Positions 36,573 to 48,329 of a stretch of 64,000 nucleotides of DNA are shown here, one piece after another; the first letter of the stretch is position 1, and every line of letters starts with the position of its first letter. The notes beneath the pieces are model-generated. The model was not told the origin of the DNA. It did not search any database and saw nothing but the letters and a program-made list of their open reading frames with translations. The translations under genes and the position numbers were made by a program. Origin of the DNA: Octopus sinensis (taxonomy: Eukaryota); contig NC_042997.1 in assembly GCF_006345805.1 (NCBI RefSeq), forward strand, positions 30,814,001 through 30,878,000. Reading direction: 5' to 3'.

Positions 36573-36749
36573 TAAAATTGTGGTCACTAATTGAGTTCCA
36601 TACTCTGCACTGTTTCATGTGATATTTAAGTTTGAAAATTTATGCCAATAAACTGTACACCATATATTGAGTACTGTCTTTCTGTTTTTCTCTTACATCT
36701 ACAAACCCCAACATTTAGAGATATTAATTTATCTGTTTTATCTTTGCAG

Positions 36750-36839
36750 AAAAAGTTTGCTCTAAGTCCACAAATTTCATCTGAAAAATTTTTTGAAAAT
36801 CTTCAAAAATTCGTCAGAGACTATATAAATATTACTTAA
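36750..36839 (+). CDS. Formin-like terminal coding exon with stop (end of FH2)
   Basis: tctttgcag|AAA acceptor. KKFALSPQISSEKFFENLQKFVRDYINIT* matches YFGE...EEFFxxFxxFxxxF. The nine exons sum to 1419 nt in frame. Confidence 0.8.
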   Translation, partial: KKFALSPQISSEKFFENLQKFVRDYINIT

Positions 36840-37916
36840 AGTAACAAAATGTTTCCAAAATCTTAAAAAAATGATGCATCTAAAAAGATGCAAAAACAAA
36901 AGGTGCTACACATTTTTTTTTCTTTAATTTAAGAAAACAAGCAAAACATTTCCACATTTATATAAAACGAAAACAAACGGTGCTTGTTTGAACTCTCAAT
37001 TAAAAAATATTCAAACCAACTTCGGATATGTATGATGTCATATGGATAAAAAAATCTGGTAATTCTACATGCTTCAGTGTGCCATACTGATAAAATTTAT
37101 AAATTCACAGATGATTTGTTAGCATTATATTGAACATCCAGCTGTAAAAGAAATTGTTCCTACAAAATCTATTCTACCGATGGTTAGAAACAATGAGTTC
37201 AGGAGGTTCTGAGTTGTTGCTTGTCTTGTTAGATAATCGATGTGAAGTCCTCTTTAAATCCTACTCTCTCATCTTGAAATAAAGAAAGTTTTAGATAATA
37301 TAATCCTATACACACCAGAACTGAAAAAAAAACCCCAAAAAATAAAGAAGAAAAGAAAAACAGGATGGGATGGTTACACAGGGTACAGGGGGAACACTTT
37401 TGATTATAAACTTATTTCATAAGAACTGACCTGAAGCTAAATGGCAACTACAACAACTGGATTTGGAGAGACCATTCCATCGTTTGTCATTTAGGCTACC
37501 GAATATTACACACACACACACACACAAATAAATGCTAAAAAATGCTGTCTGAGATGTTTTCATCACATGTATTTATCTCTCATCAGATGGAGTACATTAT
37601 TTGTTAATCTTACCATTCCGGAACAGTACACCATATATATATATATATTGAGAAAAAAGGTCATCAGAATTTTGGACAAGTTCTAGAAAGGAATGAAAGC
37701 GCTAATAATAATGAAGAAATAAAATTAATTTTTTTCCAAAATTCTGACGACTTTTCTCAATATTCAATTTCTGTACATCACACCTAACGCTCTATGCATA
37801 CATACATACATACATATACACACACACAAACACACACATATAAATAAGGGTACTAGAAAGCATCAGTTTTTCTAAAAAAAACGCAATATATATTTTTATG
37901 AGCTACTTAATAGTTT

Positions 37917-38057
37917 CATGCAATGAAAACTTCTCAGACAGCATTTTTTAACATGTCTGGTGCCTTCACACAATCCTAATGTACAGGCTAGCCTGAGGGA
38001 TTGCATAAAAGCAGAAGACATGCTAAAAAATGCTGTCTGAGATGTTTTCATCGCATG
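37917..38057. repeat. MITE-like fold-back with about 40-bp TIRs
   Basis: catgcaatgaaaacttctcagacagc / gctgtctgagatgttttcatcgcatg; the right arm is repeated at about 37532. Confidence 0.7.
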
Positions 38058-38138
38058 TATTTATCTCTTATCAGATGGAGTTCTTTATTTGTTAATCTTA
38101 CCATCACAGAATAGTAGACTATATATATATATATATAT

Positions 38139-38441
38139 GTGAATAAATGAAAGAATGGAGTTGAACGACGATTTAACAAACTTCTTTTATTCTCGATATA
38201 TGTTTCGAAGGCTGCATATTCCTAATTTCGAAGGAATAAGGGGTGCATTATGCTGCCTTCTCAATCATCGTTCAACTCCATTCTTTCATTTATTTGTATT
38301 AAAATACAAACAAATTTCCACACGAAAGCACGTGATCTCTGCCCTTGGCATGTAGCTTCAACCGTGTTTTTCTGACGTGAATTTGCTACCCAGGTATCGG
38401 TTAACCGAATTATCCATACTAGGATAATTCATTCAACTACT

Positions 38442-38442
<1 letters not shown>
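38139..38442. mobile_element. Internally deleted relative of the 9035-9950 element
   Basis: Shares GAATAAATGAAAGAATGGAGT ends, the HHR 3' half and the 140-bp extension. Sits in (TA)n. Confidence 0.75.
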
Positions 38443-38472
<30 letters not shown>

Positions 38473-38769
38473 CAAACTTGTCAAATTTGACAAATTCTAG
38501 AAAGGAACTAAAGCGCTAATAATAATGAAGAAATAAAAAAGATTTTTTCCAAAATTCTGATGACTTTTCTTCTCAATAACACTCTATACATACATACATG
38601 GTGGCTGCCCCCTTCGTTATTGAGTATGGTCATTGCACGAAGCTTAATCAATGTTGTTATCGTGCAATGCCTGTACAAGAAGATTTTTTTTAAAGTGAGG
38701 AAAGGCTGTGCACTGAGTCAATCCCACTCACTAAGCAACAGCAGCCATAATCCGAAAAGAAGAACAAGT

Positions 38770-39153
38770 CAACATCATCGGTAACCACTGAGCCGCAGGT
38801 TTTATGACGGAGTTATCCCTGTTACCTGAGTTACCTTCTCCTAGAAGGATGCCCTAACAAAGGCTAGGAGTCCTTCACTCCCAATGGTTTAATCGCGTGA
38901 TCGGGTATTCAGTCCAATTATTTCTATGTCCCCACACATGATACAGCCTTAAGGCATTTATTGGATGGCCGTTGACTCTCAAGAGTTCCTCCGCCCTTTG
39001 ACGGGTTTTGTTTTTCATCCCGCAGGGTGTCCAATAAACACCCTCCTCACCAAGATAGCTTGGTGGGGTTGCCGGTTTAGTCGCCAACGACCCGACCATG
39101 CAACAGGTTGTACTGGGTTACATGTTACCAGTAGCACTCGAAAGTGACCTGAC
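38770..39153 (-). mobile_element. Putative RTE 5' UTR fragment
   Basis: Minus-strand gggcatccttctaggagaaggtaactc resembles RTE 5'-UTR motifs. Contains an HDV-like ribozyme candidate. Confidence 0.4.
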
Positions 39154-39176
39154 ATACATACATACATACATACATA

Positions 39177-39548
39177 TCTCTATATATATAAACGGCAGTT
39201 TGTCTGTGTGTGTTTCTGTGTGTCTGTTAGGTTGTACCCTCACCCTGACCACGGCTTTCAACCGATTCTGATGAAACTTGACACACACATAGCCCAATGT
39301 CATAATTCAAAAGTAACGCAGCGAAAATTTTGAAAATTTCCCCCGGTTCTGAAAAAAATCGATAAATTCGACATGAGGTCGAGAATCAGAAACACAAACC
39401 ACAGACTGTCTAGGGGACGCAACTCGACCTTTTTAACTAAAAAAAAAATTTACCATAATTTTTTTTCCATTTTTTGGTTATAACTCTCTAAAAATGCTTT
39501 ATAGTTACTTCCCTTACAAACCCGAGCAACGCCGGGCGATACTGCTAG
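39177..39548 (+). mobile_element. Non-autonomous Helitron-like element
   Basis: A|TCTCTATATATATAAA 5' end; 3' hairpin CCCGAGCAACGCCGGG followed by CTAG|T. Confidence 0.75.
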
Positions 39549-40050
39549 TATATATATATACACATTTCAAACATACATACATACACACACACATAGCGAG
39601 AGAGAGAGACTTATATACACATATATCATTGCTTGTGTGAGTGTGTGCTTTGCTATTTTCAAAAACTATTTTTATAGAATGTCTAATTGTTACAATATTC
39701 ACCTATCTTATAGGAGAATAATGGAAAAGGTTTGGAAAACTTGCATTAGCTTTGGCTTCATTAATTCATTGTTTACCAAATTTCATGTCAAACTGTTTTA
39801 TAACTTTCCATTTTTATATGATATATTAAAAAGTAAATAAATACATTCTATTTTTTTGTTATTTTCTTTCATTAATTTTCCTGTATAATATCGATGGTTT
39901 ATTGCATGTACGTGTATGGGCAGAAGTGGCGGTTTTTCATCGTCGCAAGCACGCACAACACCCCAACACCAAACCAGCCGGCCGACGACCTGGCACACTG
40001 GACGACTGAAGCGGTGAAGAAATGCCGTGACGACCGAAAGTGTACCGCTC

Positions 40051-40091
<41 letters not shown>

Positions 40092-40139
40092 GCATGCGTT
40101 ATTGACTACATCATGGTCAGGAATTTTGTGTAATATCAA

Positions 40140-40760
40140 CATTGATCACCTTGATGATCTAACAATCTTCATTGAAGTCAATGCTGCCATCAAAATGCTA
40201 AACAAACAAGAAATCTGGACAGAACATTCTAGAAGAGAAGTCAAAGGATATTGGTTACTTCTCCCAAGAGTTCTTAATCGCTACAACACAGAGGCAGGGG
40301 ACCAAGAGTACCTATTTCAACATTGAAAAATGTACCATCAAAACACCAATAACAAAAGCAAGGGAGGCAAACCTGTTTGCTCAAATAGTGGGAGAAAAAA
40401 AAACACGTTTGTGCTTGGAAGGTCTTGGCCAAAGTTCTTGATAAAAAATTAAAAAAACTTATTTGCTTAGGAAAAACATCAAAAGATCAATCTAAACAAT
40501 ATCAAAGTCACTGTGGGGCTTCTTCAAGGATCAAGCTATTGTCATGATCTTTATTATAATTGCACCTTCAAAATAAATGTAGGGAGCAATGTCAAGACCT
40601 CTATATTGCATTTGTAATTTCTCCAAAGTTTTTGTAACCATGAGGCAGTGAACTACTAAAAAATTTCGAGGTAATCTTTTGTTAGGTGTGTCAATCACAA
40701 AGCCCCATAGGCTGCATATTGTACATGACTGGCTTAGAGCATTCAAAACTCTACAAAAAA
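40140..40760 (+). mobile_element. Degenerate RTE reverse transcriptase fragment
   Basis: Frameshifted remnants EVNAAIKML, KGGKPVCSN, QSHCG, NKCREQCQDLYIAFV. Confidence 0.65.
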
Positions 40761-41039
40761 AAGCTAACCAGGAAATTTGAAAACAATTTACTACAGCAGT
40801 TCCTACCATTATGAATAGGTTACCTATAATAATTTTGATTTCTTTGGTAAAATGCTATGTATTTGAAGTGGGGAAAACATTTGATAAATTAAATTGACAT
40901 CAATATTAATCTACCCTTTGATGAGGGTAAAAGACGAAATTGAACACTGCAGCATTATAACTTAGATATTTGAGATGAAAACACAAATGAACTGACCCTC
41001 ATTGTGCATACAAACAGATTGATTACTCTTTTTTTTTTT

Positions 41040-41247
41040 TGTTTTACTTGTTTCAGTCATTTGACTGCGGCCATGCTGGAGCACCGCCTTTAGTTGAGCA
41101 AATCGCCCCCAGAACTTATTCTTTGTAAGCCCAGTACTTATTCTATTGGTCTCTTTGCCGAACTGCTAAGTGACGGGGACGTAAACACACCAGCATCGGT
41201 TGCCAAGCAATGCTAGGGGGACAAACACAGACACACAAACACACACA

Positions 41248-41282
<35 letters not shown>

Positions 41283-41445
41283 GACAGGCTTCTTTCAGTT
41301 TCCGTCTACCAAATCCACTCACAAGGCATTGGTCGGCCTGGGGCTATAGCAGAAGACACTTGCCCAAGGTGCCACGCAGTGGGACTGAACCCGGAACCAG
41401 GTGGTTGGTTAGCAAGCTACTTACCACACAGCCACTCCTGCGCCT
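41040..41445 (-). mobile_element. SINE family A
   Basis: Full-length, minus strand. Confidence 0.85.
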
Positions 41446-41459
41446 ATAATTTCTAACAA

Positions 41460-41655
41460 TGTCATCATTATCCTCATCATCATCAAGCGTCTGTTTTCCA
41501 TGCTGGCATGGGTTAGATGGTTCAACTGGAACTGGTAAGCCAGAGAGCTGTACCAAGCTCCAGTCTGTTTTGGCTTGGTTTCTACGGCTTGATGCCCTTC
41601 CTAACACCAACAACCCCAGCGAGTGTAGTGGGTGCCTTTTACGTGTCACTGGCAT
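41460..41655 (-). mobile_element. RTE 3'-end copy
   Basis: Tail consensus. Confidence 0.65.
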
Positions 41656-42895
41656 ATGTGTCTTACTTGAGAATACAATGTTAATAGTAATTTCTAAGAC
41701 AAAACCACATGAGTGGTTGTCTTAGAGAGAACAGTTGAATAAATTGGCTCCCACACTGGATTGGCACTGACTGGGTCGACCTATAGGCCCCAATGCAAAT
41801 CAATGCACTGGGTTCCTATAGTATTTATCATTTTTGACCACAAATCACAGTATAAATTGAGTAGAATTTGTCCCCTACGCAGCTGCCCAGTATGCCAATG
41901 TCATGAGATGGCACTGCCTTTGAAGAATGATAAGCAAAGTTGACTTCAGATGGAATTGAAATTGTAAAGTAAAATGACAATAAAAGAATGGTACAGGCAT
42001 CAGCACACAGGTTAATCAGTATGTAACATGGATTTGATGGTAATTGGATATTGTTCAGGCTGCATGTTGTTCACATATAAAACCAAGTTAACAAAATATT
42101 TCTTGTAGTAATTTCACAACACCACGTAAGCATTTGAATGTATTTTATTGTACTGTATTAGTATGAAAAGACAATGCATTACAATTAATGGAAATAGCAT
42201 AATACAACATGCAAGGAAAATATATTTTCAAAGTTTAACACTTGGGCTGGTTTTTATACATTAAGCAAATATTCAGGTGCTGTGTCATGTGTCTTCTTTG
42301 ATATCCTTCATTGAATATGCAACCATTACAACAGCTATAGAGAGTGTGCAATTCTAAGCTTGACCCAAGACACTCTAAAATTGATGAAAGTGGAGAACAT
42401 CATAGCAACTTGGATGTCTTGTCACTGTGAAATTGGAGCCTTTATTGACTGTTTATAAGCTTTGCTCATGGAAAGTTCCAGACTGGCTAAAGAACTATCA
42501 TGTGAACAACATCTGTCCATTGAACAAAGTCTTGGTTATGCACTTGATCAAACCATGATTGAATTGTGACTAGAAATTTGTATGTGGTAAAACACAGGTT
42601 CAAATTCAATGCTACAAGTAAGTATTAAGGATATAAGTTGTCAATGAAACTGTGTTGCCAATTCGAAATTTTTAAAATACACTATTTCAGTAGGTAAAAG
42701 GCACTAAAAAGCATCAAATAAAAGTGGAAAGGGAAGAGTTTCAGAATAATTTTTTAAACATCACCCCGTTCCCCCTAATACCTTCATGACAGCCATCACC
42801 ATTAAAAAGGTTTTTCTCCTTTTATTATCATATTACATTTCCTGAAACATTCGTCATTTGTAGACCAACAGACATGAAAAAAACAAAAACAACAG

Positions 42896-43290
42896 CAGGA
42901 GTGGCTGTGTGGTAAGTAGCTTGCTTACCAATTACATGGTTCTGGGTTCAGTCTCACTGCGTGACACCTTTGGCAAGTGTCTTCTACTATAGCCTCGAGC
43001 CAACCAAAGCCTTGTGAGTGGATTTGGTAGATGGAAACTGAAAGAAGCCCATCGTATATACGTATATATATGTGTGTGTGTTTGTGTTTGTCCCCCCCCC
43101 CCAAACATCGCTTGACAACCGATGCTGGTGTGTTTACGTTCCCGTAACTTAGCGGCTTGACAAAAGAGACTGATAGAATAAGTACTAGGCTTACAAAGAA
43201 TAAGTCCTGGGGTCGATTTGCTCGACTAAAAGTGGTGCTCCAGCATGGCCACAGTCAAATGACTAAAACAAGTAAAAGAGTAAAAGAGCA
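42896..43290 (+). mobile_element. SINE family A
   Basis: Full-length. Confidence 0.85.
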
Positions 43291-43639
43291 ACTACCACTA
43301 AAATATATATTTTTGTTAATTTCAACAATCATTTTATTATATTCTACATTCTGAAACATTTTGAATTCACATTTAAAGAAAAAAAGAATGAACAGACATT
43401 CTAACCCCCACCCCACCATTACCATTCATCATATCTTTCACAATTACAAACAAAAACCATAAGTCAATCTGCAATAAATGGAATTAGAATTTTGAAGTTT
43501 TTGAAGTTTCTATAAGACAATAACTTCACTCATTTAAAATGTAGAAAAGAATATTTTTAATTGAAGAGAAATAAAATGAGGCAAAAAAAATATCTTTTCT
43601 CCACTGTCTGTCTAATAGTGAAAGGTTTTTATTTTGAAT

Positions 43640-44295
43640 GAGAAAGGTAGAATAAACCAGAGGGTGTTGAAGAAGCTCTATCTGTTGCAAGTGTTAGAGT
43701 CAGGCATATAGGTGACAAGGTTCTTAAACTTGTTGGCTGATAGAGCCTCATTGTAATTGAGGATAGGTTCAAAATCCTCTTAATGACATTTTTATATGGC
43801 AATTAAACAGAAGAATGAATGCTGTACAAAATCAAGCAGATACTTCTGGAACTGCCTGGGCCATATCTCAGTGGAAGTAGACATTGCAGGCTTTGCTTGG
43901 CTGAAAGGAAAATCATTCTAAAACATTCACACAATTTGGGTGCCTTCCTGAACTTAAAAAGCGAAATATTTTGTTACTGCACTCATGTGGGAAAATTCGT
44001 TTGGCAATGTGGTTGTCCCCCCTTTTTTGGATGAAAGAATGGAAAACATGTAAACATGCGCAGCTAACCCCCTCCAATCACAGCTGATACCATTTCATGT
44101 GTAATAACTCCTCTTTCTCTCCTGAAAAATGTCATAACTTTTCATCAGTTTTTTTTTAATTCTGCAATTTATAGCCATCAAACAAAGAAGGACAGTATAT
44201 TTCCTCCAGCATAGAAGAGGCTATGCACTTCTAGCGAGCATATCTGAAGAGTTGTCAATATTGCCAAGATCCGGCATGGAACCATCAGTAACAAT
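43640..44295 (+). mobile_element. Penelope-like element fragment: GIY-YIG endonuclease C-terminus plus degenerate HHR
   Basis: GPYLSGSRHCRLCLAERKIIL...FLNLKSEIFCYCTHVGKF matches the PLE pattern PY...CxLCLxEK...LLNxRxE...CxH. CTGAAGA...GGAAC-CATCA-GTA at 44244-44290. Confidence 0.7.
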
Positions 44296-45241
44296 CTGTG
44301 TCTTATAATTACATGCATGCATGTATGCATAATACAACTGGTGTCAGTGCGTTTATATTCCTCTAACTTAGCAGTTGGGTAAAAGAAACTGATAGAATAA
44401 GTACCAGCCTTGAAAAAATAAAAGTTCTGGTGTTAATTCATGCGACTAAAATGCTTCAGTGCTGTGCTCCAGTATGGCCGCAGCCTTAGACTGGAACAAG
44501 TAAAAGATAAAAGATCATTTACGGTTATTTTCGTTTATTAGGTTTGTATGTATTTAACAAGCTAAACTACAGCTTTGCCTCTACGTGACTTGATTGTTAA
44601 CACTTTACCTCCGCGACCTCAAACTCTACGACGGTGCGAGGTTGAACCAACCACTTGCAGAGGCAGTTTGAATGATTTAAAAATTACCAAAGGTGGAAGG
44701 GAAAAGTATGGTGCATAAGCCCAATAGCTTTCTTGCTATTCAGGGTATCAATATTTACTGTTAAGACTAAGAAAGAAAGACGTCCTGGTCAGAAACTGTT
44801 TAATGAAAAGCACCATAAATTCAACGTACAACTATCAGCCATCATGCAGGTTTTCTGGAACCTGTCAGCGACAGCTCGAGAGAGTGGGGGGAGAGAGAGA
44901 GAATGAGAGAATAGCGGTGTATAGAATACGAACAGAATGAATTATATTAAAGAGTGGGAGAGAAAGATAAATTAAAGGAGGCACGTTGGTATAAATGTCT
45001 CTTAATTATAAATAGATTTTATTTATTTCAAACCCTTTCGTTTTAACAAAATACAAATATTTACATAAATTTCAAACTCGTGTAATCATGCTGTTGTAAA
45101 TCTAAACTGCAGTTATATTAAATGCAACGATCTCATTCAACCCCGATCTCATTCTTTATGATTAATAGTTAATAGTGAAAGTGCCGGGTTTTATTAAATG
45201 GAAAGTTGATATCGTAGGATTTATTTAAATTTATATTGACC

Positions 45242-45354
45242 ATGGGTAAAAGTGGCAAGAAAAATAAGAAACAAACTGCTGACGTGAAAGAAGCGGCTTC
45301 TAAAGATCCTAACAACTCATCGAAGAAAAACGTGCGGAATAAACCGAATAATAA
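45242..45354 (+). CDS. OGFOD3: OGFOD3-like exon 1 (basic cytosolic N-terminus)
   Basis: gaccATGG start context. Encodes MGKSGKKNKKQTADVKE...KPNN. AA|gtatga donor is phase 2, matching exon 2. Confidence 0.7.
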
Positions 45355-45469
45355 GTATGATGATGTATTTTACACTTCTAATTTCCGTTTACCCTTTAAT
45401 TGGACGTATTTATTTAACTCATTGGTGCTCATACTATTTCTCTGTTTATTGGGTATGTCTTATCACTTC

Positions 45470-45525
45470 TATCTATCTATCTATCTTTCTATCTATTTAT
45501 CTATCTTTCTATCTATTTATCTATC

Positions 45526-45567
<42 letters not shown>

Positions 45568-45606
45568 CATTTATCTACCTATCTATCTCTCTGTCTATCT
45601 ATCTAC

Positions 45607-45649
<43 letters not shown>

Positions 45650-45674
45650 CCTACCTACCTACCTACCTACCTAC

Positions 45675-45731
<57 letters not shown>

Positions 45732-45762
45732 CATTTATCTATTTATCTATCTCTCTGTCTAT
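45470..45762. repeat. (CTAT)n/(CTAC)n tetranucleotide array (GATA on minus strand)
   Basis: About 290 bp near the start of OGFOD3 intron 1. Confidence 0.95.
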
Positions 45763-46212
45763 CTGTAGTTTTGTCTGTCCGTTCTCAGTATTTTATTTAC
45801 CTCCAAATACCACTGGGGTCGTCTTTGCAGTTTATCCTTTCTAGGTCGATAAAATAAGTAGCAGTTAAGTACAGGGTCGGTGTCACCAACTTACCCCCAC
45901 CCACGAAATTGCTGGTCTTGTATTTGAAATTAACATTTAATTTACTTTCATGCTTATACATACTGAACATAATCTGCATGCAGTATGAGTGTGTTCCCAT
46001 CAGAAGTTAAATATAAACAATCGGTAAATCGAATCTGCAATATATATATATTTCTTCCGTTTTAAACGATTTCACTTCGAATTGTATGAACACCACAGAA
46101 CTCCAGTTCACACCGTTATAATTTAGTGATTTTTGTACCGATATGAAGAACCAATATTAAAGTATAAGGGACGTGGTGTTGGGAAATGGCACAGAGCACT
46201 GAAGGCGGAGGT

Positions 46213-46318
46213 AAAGAATACGCACGCCACCCGTTTTCGGCGTAACCCTTGCCCCAACCCTAAACCCTGACCCTAAACCCTGACCCTAACCCCTAAACAT
46301 CGGGTGTGCGTATTCTTT
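46213..46318. repeat. Short inverted-repeat element enclosing telomere-like (CCCTAA/CCCTGA/CCCTAAA) repeats
   Basis: AAAGAATACGCAC...GTGCGTATTCTTT flanks seven CCC runs. Confidence 0.75.
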
Positions 46319-47814
46319 GATTTCGCAGTACTTAGCTATATTTCTTTTCATTATTTTAATTGTGACTTCACATTTCTGAGCTTTGATATATTTCGGCAAC
46401 ACACACACACACACACACACATGTACATCAATGCTTCACATGCACGGTAACTTCAAAAGAACTTCCCTCGTCATACAATCGCTTTCTCTTAGTCTCTTTC
46501 GCTCTCATTACTTCAAAAGTTCCCGCAAGCCCATATGTAAAAAAAAAAAAAAATTTTTTTAACGGAAATCGACGGAAAGGTCTACTAGAGACGAAAGATT
46601 GCCGCTATATGAAATATAATGAAAAGGCTACGAGATTTGAAACCAGAACGTAGAAAGACTAAATATAAACACCCCTTTTTTTTTTTCATCTATTTCTGCT
46701 GATTTAATGATAGATTAATAATGATTTCATTGTATGCTGTTTAAACGAATGTCTATCTGCTCATTTAATCAATGCTTTACACGTATTATTTATAAAACCC
46801 ACCACTGTATACATGCTGTCGAGATATCGAAGGAACCTACGTGGTCGTTTGACAGGATCGCACGAAATATTAACCAAATCTCCCTAGAATCACGTTGCTA
46901 CTGTCTTAAAAACAAAAACGAAGTATAATGCAAAAAAGATATCTCATATCACTTAGACATGGCAGCCGCGGTTGGAATGCCTTATGATCGATGAATGTTG
47001 ACCTACAGCAGCTATACAGTAACACGTTTCTGTAGGAGTCGCGACACGAATCTATGAAAGAGCAGCATGTCACTTGACCTGCTAGAAATAGCAGCTAAAT
47101 CTCCCTCGAATCTATATCGTCTTAAAATGGAAGAACGCATTGAATAACAATAGTTCTTCATAGACTATCTGAAAAGAAAAGGGAGAGGTCGTCATGAGTG
47201 GAATGTCTTTGATTACAGGTCTCTTCTATTAGGGATTTGTCGTCGTCTAATGTAGTTAGTCTGTGTCGCCGATGTCTAGAATCGTTCTCCTTCCCAGGTT
47301 TTCGTACTGACCTGTCGAGATCCAACTGTAGATTTCTAAGCACATCCTGGGTAAGCTGGGTGTCTAGCCTGATTTCCTTGCATTGCTAACCAGCTGTGAA
47401 TTAAGTATTTGTCCTGGTAACCGAGCTTTACTTTATTCTTTGGACATGTGGAGGTTTCGCAGTCTCAATATTTCTTACACGTAAGGTGGTGAGCTGGCAC
47501 AATCGTTAGTATGCCGGGGCAAAATGCTAGGTAAAAATCAGTATCAGGTGAGATCCAGTGTTGATGTAATCGACTTACCCACTTCCATGAACTTGCCAAA
47601 ATTTGAAACCAATATTTCTTGTATACATTCTGTTGGGTGACAGTGTTCCTAATCATGTCTTTCTAAGTAAAGTTTACGGTCTTTTTCATCATGTATGCAA
47701 GTAGTTTTTTTTTTTACTTGTTTGCAATGTAACATACATCTTCATATCCTTACAATAGTTTGGATACCATTGTTTGGAATATTTAACACTTCACTTGTAC
47801 TGTAACACACTTAA

Positions 47815-47854
<40 letters not shown>

Positions 47855-47856
<2 letters not shown>

Positions 47857-48225
47857 CATCATCATTTAGCGTCCGCTTTCCATGCTAGCATGGGTTGGAC
47901 GGTTCAACTGGGGTCTGGGAAGCCAGAAGGCTGCACCAGGCCCAGTCTGATCTGGCAATGTTTCTACGGCTGGATGCCCTTCCTAACGTCAACCACTCCG
48001 TGAGTGTAGTGGGTACTTTTTACGTGCCAGATGGGGCTGGCAAACGGCCACGGTCGGATGGTGCTTTTTACATGCTATAGGCACAGGGGCCAGGCGAGGC
48101 TGGCAACGGCCATGATCGGAGGTGCTTTTTATGTGCCACCGGCACGGAGGCCAGACAGGGCAGCGCTGGCAACGGTCACGATCAGATGGTTCTCTTACGT
48201 GCCACCGGCACTTGTATCACAGCTG
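47855..48225 (-). mobile_element. RTE 3'-end copy
   Basis: Tail consensus following (AAT)n. Confidence 0.75.
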
Positions 48226-48329
48226 CAATAATAATAATGAAATTATTGTATACAGTGCTCAGGTGCACCACAACTTGTCAAAAGTGCATATAAAGCATAT
48301 GCAGTAATGTACAAATGTCTGGAAAGTGA

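Noticed and set aside
44560-44900. Divergent minus-strand gene or bidirectional promoter upstream of OGFOD3
   Set aside because: Some CpGs and donor-like sites are present, but I found no coding exons on the minus strand to support it.
45236-45844. 202-aa ORF with an apparent TM segment and YLSI repeats
   Set aside because: Read-through of OGFOD3 exon 1 into intron 1. Only the donor at 45354 matches the phase of exon 2; the donor at 45452 is phase 1.
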